A stretch of 61,911 bases of DNA from Ignavibacteria bacterium CG1_02_37_35. GTDB taxonomy: Bacteria > Bacteroidota > Ignavibacteria > Ignavibacteriales > Ignavibacteriaceae. The translations under genes were made by a program, and so were the position numbers. This document shows positions 57,025 to 61,911 of the stretch, one piece after another. Position 1 is the first letter of the stretch; each line of letters opens with the position of its first letter. Below the pieces are notes generated by a model, which was not told the DNA's origin, did not search any database, and worked only from the letters and a program-made list of their open reading frames with translations. The stretch is taken from the NCBI GenBank assembly GCA_001871325.1, contig MNVA01000238.1, positions 1-61,911 on the forward strand, written 5' to 3'.

Positions 57025-57920
57025 TTGGATTCGATAAGGTTTTTTGCTTCTGATAAATCAGTTTCGCAAAGCCAATAAATGGGAACTCCTTCGCGTTCCA
57101 TTTTTTTAAACCAGGTCATTTGCCGTTTAGCGAATTGATTGATGGCGCCGCGTAGCTTCTGAAACATATCGTTGTATGTTAGTTTCTTTTGAAGATACAA
57201 AGCAATATACCGGTACTCCAATCCGAAGTAATTTAATTTTTCATACGTGATTCCTTCTGCAACAAGCTGCTCAACTTCTTCAATCATCCCGTTTTGTAAA
57301 CGCAATTTTAGGCGTTCTGAAATTCTCTCTCTTAAAATTTTTCTATCCGGTTGTATCCCGATTGTAAAAGAAGATACTTTTACTCGACCGGTCGGTTCAT
57401 CATCCGCGTTTGCTTCTGCCACAAGGATAGCTTTGATGAGTCTTTTTTTATCAAGCAAATCGGTAGTGTTATGCAGATTGGGATTAAGAGAAAGAAGCAA
57501 GTCTGCCAAAGTTTCCGCCTGAATTTTTTCTAACTCATTTTTTCGTTTGGAATTAAAATCAGTTTTTGCCAATTGGTAATTTTGAAGTATGGAAGAGAGA
57601 TACATCCCGGTTCCGCCCGTTAAGAAAGGAATTTTTTGTTTTTCTGTTATTGAATGAAACGCTTTAGAGAAATGTTCGGTAAATAAAAACAAATTAAATT
57701 CTTCTTCCGGTTCAACAATATCAATGAGATGATAAGAGATTTGCCTTCCGTTGAGAAAAAACTCATGCAAGTCTTTTCCTGTACCGATGTTCATTCTTTT
57801 ATAAACCTGGCGTGAATCGGCGGAGATGATTTCACCGTTAAAATAATCTGCAAGTTGTGCGGCTAACCTGGTTTTACCGCATGCAGTGGGACCAAGAACA
57901 GTAATAAGATTATAGATCAT
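57006..57920 (-). CDS. miaA: tRNA dimethylallyltransferase
   Basis: GPTACGKT P-loop, ISADSRQVYK, and a typical MiaA C-terminus (QFAKRQMTWF). Confidence 0.95.
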   Translation of the reverse strand: MIYNLITVLGPTACGKTRLAAQLADYFNGEIISADSRQVYKRMNIGTGKDLHEFFLNGRQISYHLIDIVEPEEEFNLFLFTEHFSKAFHSITEKQKIPFLTGGTGMYLSSILQNYQLAKTDFNSKRKNELEKIQAETLADLLLSLNPNLHNTTDLLDKKRLIKAILVAEANADDEPTGRVKVSSFTIGIQPDRKILRERISERLKLRLQNGMIEEVEQLVAEGITYEKLNYFGLEYRYIALYLQKKLTYNDMFQKLRGAINQFAKRQMTWFKKMEREGVPIYWLCETDLSEAKNLIESKCLLFR

Positions 57921-57931
57921 GTAGGGAAGAA

Positions 57932-60091
57932 CTAAACTTCAACCGGGAGTGAAATTGAGAAAATCGCTCCTTCTCCCAATTCGCTTTCTACAGAAATAGT
58001 CCCACCATGTTTTTTAATAATATTTTCAGCAATCGGAAGCCCTAACCCCATTCCCTCTTTTTTCCCCTGACTCATAAACGGTTCAAATATTTTTCCCAAC
58101 ACGCTCTGGGGAATTCCAATTCCATTATCTTTAAATGAAATTTTAACCGAATGCATTTCAACATGAGTTGAAACGTAGAGCTTTCCGCCATCGGGCATAG
58201 CATCGCAGGCATTCTTTGCAATTTGGTAGCTTGCTTGATACAATTCTTTTTTATCAACATTAACGGTTATGTCGCGGTCAAATTTCTTAAACAGCTTTAC
58301 ACCGCGGTATTCAACATACTCTGCAAGTTTGGTCACAATTTCATCCATCACGGCATTTAACGCCCTCTTTTTCAGTCTGTAAAATGTTTTCCCTTCGGCA
58401 TAAGCAAGCGTTGATTGAATAATTTCATTTACGTTTCCAACTTGTTCAATCATCAAATCCATAACCTGCTTTATATCCTCCGAAACATCTTTCCTTTTAA
58501 TATGTTCGGCAAACTGTTTAATGGTAAGTACAGGTTTTTTAATATCCGAAAGAATAAAGTTCGTCAGTTTGCCGAGCGAAACAAGTTTGTCGGTTTTAAT
58601 AAGCTGCTGCATTAATTCCGCATTAGTTAATGCGAGCGCCGCATGCACGGAAAGCGCTTCGAGAAAATCAAGATCAATCTGGTCAAACTCGCCGTGGGTG
58701 GAATTTAATAGTTGAATAACGCCAATAATCAGCCCTTCGCGATTTTTGATCGGATAACAGATCATGGATTTGGTTGTGTAGCCTGACAACCTGTCAATTT
58801 CGCTGTCGAACCGTTCGTCTTCATGAACGTCAGGAAGATTAATTATTTCTCCCGTTTTTGCTACCCAACCGGCAAGCCCTTGTCCTACCTTCAATCGTAT
58901 TTCTTCAATGTTTTCTCCGCGCAAAACCTTGGACCACAGTTCCCCTTTATCGTAATCCAAAATATAAAGCGTTCCGCGATCGGCTGAGGTAAGAGAAGTT
59001 GCAGCTTCAACAATCGAGCGGAGGACTTCATCAATTTTAATGTTTGAATTTACTTTTTCTGCGGCGGCAATGATAAGTTTGAGTTGGTCAGCCGTTAAAC
59101 CGACAGCTATTTTGTTTTCATTCTGGACAAAAAGCGAGTTACTATCTTCAGAAGAAAACAGAGGTTTTTGTTCGGGAAGCGGCTCTTCGTTAAATGTTTT
59201 GTTTTCTGAGGACTCGGAAACACCCCAAAAACTTTCTTCAATCGGCTCATGGGTAAGTGGAGGTTTTGCTTCCAGTTCTTCCGAAGGAGATGGCTCCTCC
59301 TCCGCTTCCAATTCTTCTATAGGAGCTAATGAAAAATCCCAACTTGAGCTTTCGGGTTCCACCGCTTGTGTTTTAGAAAAATCTTTTTGAGCCGCATCTT
59401 CAATTTTTATCTCGTTAAAAGTGGATTTGAATTTATCGGTATCAAAAGAAATTTCAGGTTCATCTTGCGATGGCGGCTCGGCAGGCAGAGCAAGATTGTC
59501 CCATGATAAAGATTCGTCTTGAAGAGGGGTTTCGTCGGGAACCTCAAGTTTTTCTTCTGAAATAGGAGATGGTTTGTCGTTCGAAGCAGGAGAAAACGAA
59601 TCGAAATCAAACGATTCACGGGTAATATTTTGAAATTCTTCTACAGTTTCCGTCGAAGGGGTTTCTTCACCAAGGGACAAGCTTTCCAATCCTTGAAGAT
59701 TATTTGAAATTATCCTGTTTGAGGTTATCAGATCATTTAATTCTTTTCGTTTAAGAAGATAAAGGGTGGAGTTTCTTTCAGCTACCGCAGAAGAGTTACG
59801 TGAAGTCATAGCAAGGAGTTCTTTCTCACCAAAAAAATCAGCTGCAGTTTTTAGAAAAATTCTTTGTCCGTCAATCGGTACCGAAAATTTAATTTTTACC
59901 TCCCCTTCTAAAATCAGATAAATGTTTTCTGCAGAATCTCCCGCTTTGTAGATAATATCGCCTTCCTTGTGTTCAACAATATCTTTAGGATTAAAGGAAA
60001 TGGAGTCCGGAGATTCGGGAACATTTGAGAAAAGTTTATTTGCTTTTAAGAGTAATATCGGTTTTATTTGGGCTGCCATTTTAAATACCAT
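57932..60091 (-). CDS. Sensor histidine kinase with N-terminal cNMP-binding domain, acidic linker, GAF domain and HATPase
   Basis: cNMP-binding pattern (GEVKIKF...FFGEKELL), GAF (DRGTLYILD...), G-boxes DNGIGI / GMGLGL. Confidence 0.8.
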   Translation of the reverse strand: MVFKMAAQIKPILLLKANKLFSNVPESPDSISFNPKDIVEHKEGDIIYKAGDSAENIYLILEGEVKIKFSVPIDGQRIFLKTAADFFGEKELLAMTSRNSSAVAERNSTLYLLKRKELNDLITSNRIISNNLQGLESLSLGEETPSTETVEEFQNITRESFDFDSFSPASNDKPSPISEEKLEVPDETPLQDESLSWDNLALPAEPPSQDEPEISFDTDKFKSTFNEIKIEDAAQKDFSKTQAVEPESSSWDFSLAPIEELEAEEEPSPSEELEAKPPLTHEPIEESFWGVSESSENKTFNEEPLPEQKPLFSSEDSNSLFVQNENKIAVGLTADQLKLIIAAAEKVNSNIKIDEVLRSIVEAATSLTSADRGTLYILDYDKGELWSKVLRGENIEEIRLKVGQGLAGWVAKTGEIINLPDVHEDERFDSEIDRLSGYTTKSMICYPIKNREGLIIGVIQLLNSTHGEFDQIDLDFLEALSVHAALALTNAELMQQLIKTDKLVSLGKLTNFILSDIKKPVLTIKQFAEHIKRKDVSEDIKQVMDLMIEQVGNVNEIIQSTLAYAEGKTFYRLKKRALNAVMDEIVTKLAEYVEYRGVKLFKKFDRDITVNVDKKELYQASYQIAKNACDAMPDGGKLYVSTHVEMHSVKISFKDNGIGIPQSVLGKIFEPFMSQGKKEGMGLGLPIAENIIKKHGGTISVESELGEGAIFSISLPVEV

Positions 60092-60111
60092 TTTTTTCTA
60101 TAATAATTATA

Positions 60112-60723
60112 ATGAATTCTTTAGAAATTAGAAACGGAATTAATCATTTAAATGATAGTGATCCTGTCTTAAAGCGAATTATATCACATGCACAACTTTG
60201 CAGCTTGAAGCCCCGGAAAAACTATTATCCATCGCTTATTCAATCAATTATCAGCCAGCAGCTCTCGGTAAAAGCCGGGGAAAGCATTTACAAACAATTT
60301 TCCGCTTATTTCGGTAAAAATGTTAGTCCGGTACATGTTGCTGCAACACCCGTTGAGAAACTGCGTGAATTTGGTCTTTCAAACGCTAAGGCAATTTATG
60401 TAAAAGATCTGTCTGAAAAAATTCTCTCAAACCAGCTTTCGTTTAAAAATATTTCTAAAAAATCGAACGACGAAATTATTGACGAACTGACAAAAGTTAA
60501 AGGGATCGGCGTCTGGACCACTCACATGTTTTTAATTTTTACTCTTGGGCGATTGGATGTTTTGCCTGTCGGTGATCTTGGAATAAAAAACGCCATCAAA
60601 AAGAATTATCGGTTAAAGGAATTACCGAACGAATCTCAAATAGCCGCGCTTTGCAAAAAGAAAAAGTGGAAACCGTACCAGTCAATTGCAAGCTGGTATT
60701 TATGGATGAGTCTGGAATTATAG
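60112..60723 (+). CDS. DNA-3-methyladenine glycosylase II family (AlkA-like HhH-GPD)
   Basis: LTKVKGIGVWTTHMFLIF...LPVGDLG helix-hairpin-helix/GPD motif with the catalytic Asp. Confidence 0.85.
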   Translation: MNSLEIRNGINHLNDSDPVLKRIISHAQLCSLKPRKNYYPSLIQSIISQQLSVKAGESIYKQFSAYFGKNVSPVHVAATPVEKLREFGLSNAKAIYVKDLSEKILSNQLSFKNISKKSNDEIIDELTKVKGIGVWTTHMFLIFTLGRLDVLPVGDLGIKNAIKKNYRLKELPNESQIAALCKKKKWKPYQSIASWYLWMSLEL

Positions 60724-60781
60724 TACTCGAACAATTTTCACTATTTTAAGAATCGAAAATCCAAAATTTACATCTTACAGC

Positions 60782-61342
60782 ATGAATGAAGAACAATTAA
60801 TAGCTTCCGCAAAAAACGGTGATAAAAAAGCACTTGCCGAACTCGTAAAAAAATACGAGCAGACGGTTTATAGTTTCGCTTTTAAAGTCTGCCGCGACCG
60901 CGAAAAAGCCGAGAACATGATGCAGGAAACTTTTTACAGCATGATAAAATCTCTGCACCAGTTCGACGGAAACTCAAAACTTTCCACATGGCTTTACCGC
61001 ATTGTGGTAAATCACTGTTTAATGGAAGCAAGAAAAAGCAGCCGTTATACTTTTGTTGAACAAGAAACCGACGAAAGCCTGTTTGATGAAAAATATATCG
61101 CCGATTGGTCAACGCTGCCGATAAAAAATTTAGAAACAAAAGAACTGCGAAACATTTTAGATGCAGCTATTGAGAAATTACAACCGGAATACCGCGTAGT
61201 GTTTACTCTGCGTGATGTTGAAGAATATTCCACCGAAGAAACGGCAAAGATGCTCGAACTCTCCGTACCGGCTGTAAAATCGCGGCTGCACAGGGCGCGG
61301 TCGTTTTTAAGAAATGAAATAACAAAGGCATTTCAGGAATGA
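60782..61342 (+). CDS. ECF-type RNA polymerase sigma factor
   Basis: Regions 2 and 4 recognisable (STWLYRIVVNHCL; YSTEETAKMLELSVPAVKSRLHRAR). Confidence 0.9.
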   Translation: MNEEQLIASAKNGDKKALAELVKKYEQTVYSFAFKVCRDREKAENMMQETFYSMIKSLHQFDGNSKLSTWLYRIVVNHCLMEARKSSRYTFVEQETDESLFDEKYIADWSTLPIKNLETKELRNILDAAIEKLQPEYRVVFTLRDVEEYSTEETAKMLELSVPAVKSRLHRARSFLRNEITKAFQE

Positions 61343-61581
61343 ACGAAGAAAAAGTATCGTGTAAAGAAGTGATGAGCCATATTTGCGAAAGTCTCAGTGA
61401 AGAGATGGACTCGCCAAAATGCGTAGCAATTAAAGATCATATAGAAAATTGCGAAGGTTGCAAAAGTTATTTCTCCTCGGTTGAAATGACGATTGACCTT
61501 TATAAAAAATGTACGGAAACGCTGCCCGAGGATGTTCATAAAAAATTAATGGCGTTTTTAGAATTAACCGATGAAAAATAA
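61339..61581 (+). CDS. zf-HC2 anti-sigma factor
   Basis: H-x3-C-x2-C motif (HIENCEGC); ATGA overlap with the sigma gene. Confidence 0.8.
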   Translation: MNEEKVSCKEVMSHICESLSEEMDSPKCVAIKDHIENCEGCKSYFSSVEMTIDLYKKCTETLPEDVHKKLMAFLELTDEK

Positions 61582-61605
61582 AAAAAGATAAAGAGGAAAT
61601 TAGTT

Positions 61606-61854
61606 ATGCCCGTTTTTGAATACCGCTGCCAAGCTTGCAATGAAAAATTTGAAGTACTTCATAAATCTTCAACCAAAATAGACGATGTTACCTGTCCGAA
61701 ATGCCAATCAAAAGAGAATAAAAAACTTCTCTCTTCTTTTGCTGCTTCGGTAAGCTCCGGTTCTTCCTACGATGGCGGATGTTCAACCGGAACATGCGGA
61801 ACAAATTACAACAGCGGCGGCGGATGCGCTTCCGGTATGTGCGGATTAAATTAA
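61606..61854 (+). CDS. FmdB-family zinc-ribbon protein
   Basis: MPVFEYRCQACNEKFEV ... CPKCQS, with a Gly/Cys/Ser-rich tail. Confidence 0.85.
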   Translation: MPVFEYRCQACNEKFEVLHKSSTKIDDVTCPKCQSKENKKLLSSFAASVSSGSSYDGGCSTGTCGTNYNSGGGCASGMCGLN

Positions 61855-61911
61855 CCGAATTGCATCAACCGTGAAAATTTATTTACTAACAACGCTATTA
61901 TTTATGTTAAT

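Overview
61.9-kb bacterial chromosomal window, roughly 40% GC on sampled lines. I support about 56 protein genes. No rRNA gene, tRNA gene or CRISPR array was recognised. The gene content suggests an FCB-group, Ignavibacteria-like organism (inference only): several proteins with T9SS/Por C-terminal sorting domains, a 1284-aa lamin-tail-domain protein, rpoN, hslVU, TonB-dependent receptor, M16 peptidase pair, ECF sigma/anti-sigma pairs, miaA, pyk and arginase. Most of the window is ordinary housekeeping. Three things stand out. (1) An AT-rich accessory island at 15.1-19.1 kb holds a tightly packed minus-strand cassette. It encodes a beta-class DNA methylase, a full Mrr-architecture nuclease with an extra C-terminal NGW-x-FW module, a 71-aa zinc ribbon, and a gamma-class N6-adenine methylase with a large specificity-like region. 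The zinc-ribbon ORF and the methylase ORF are in the same frame and separated by a single TGA. That TGA leaves the methylase motif X (FGHYFTP) with no start codon upstream. This is my best candidate for an unusual or undescribed restriction-modification-like defence module. (2) A mosaic family of intergenic repeats occurs at 1-295, 44.6-45.2 kb and 49.2-49.5 kb. One copy carries a nested MITE-like insertion with terminal inverted repeats and an 8-bp target duplication. An 828-bp gene-free divergent region is packed with hairpins. (3) A helix-rich, GC-richer 5' leader lies immediately upstream of a MOSC-domain gene and is a candidate cis-regulatory RNA. All functional calls rest on motif recognition by eye. 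No database search was run.
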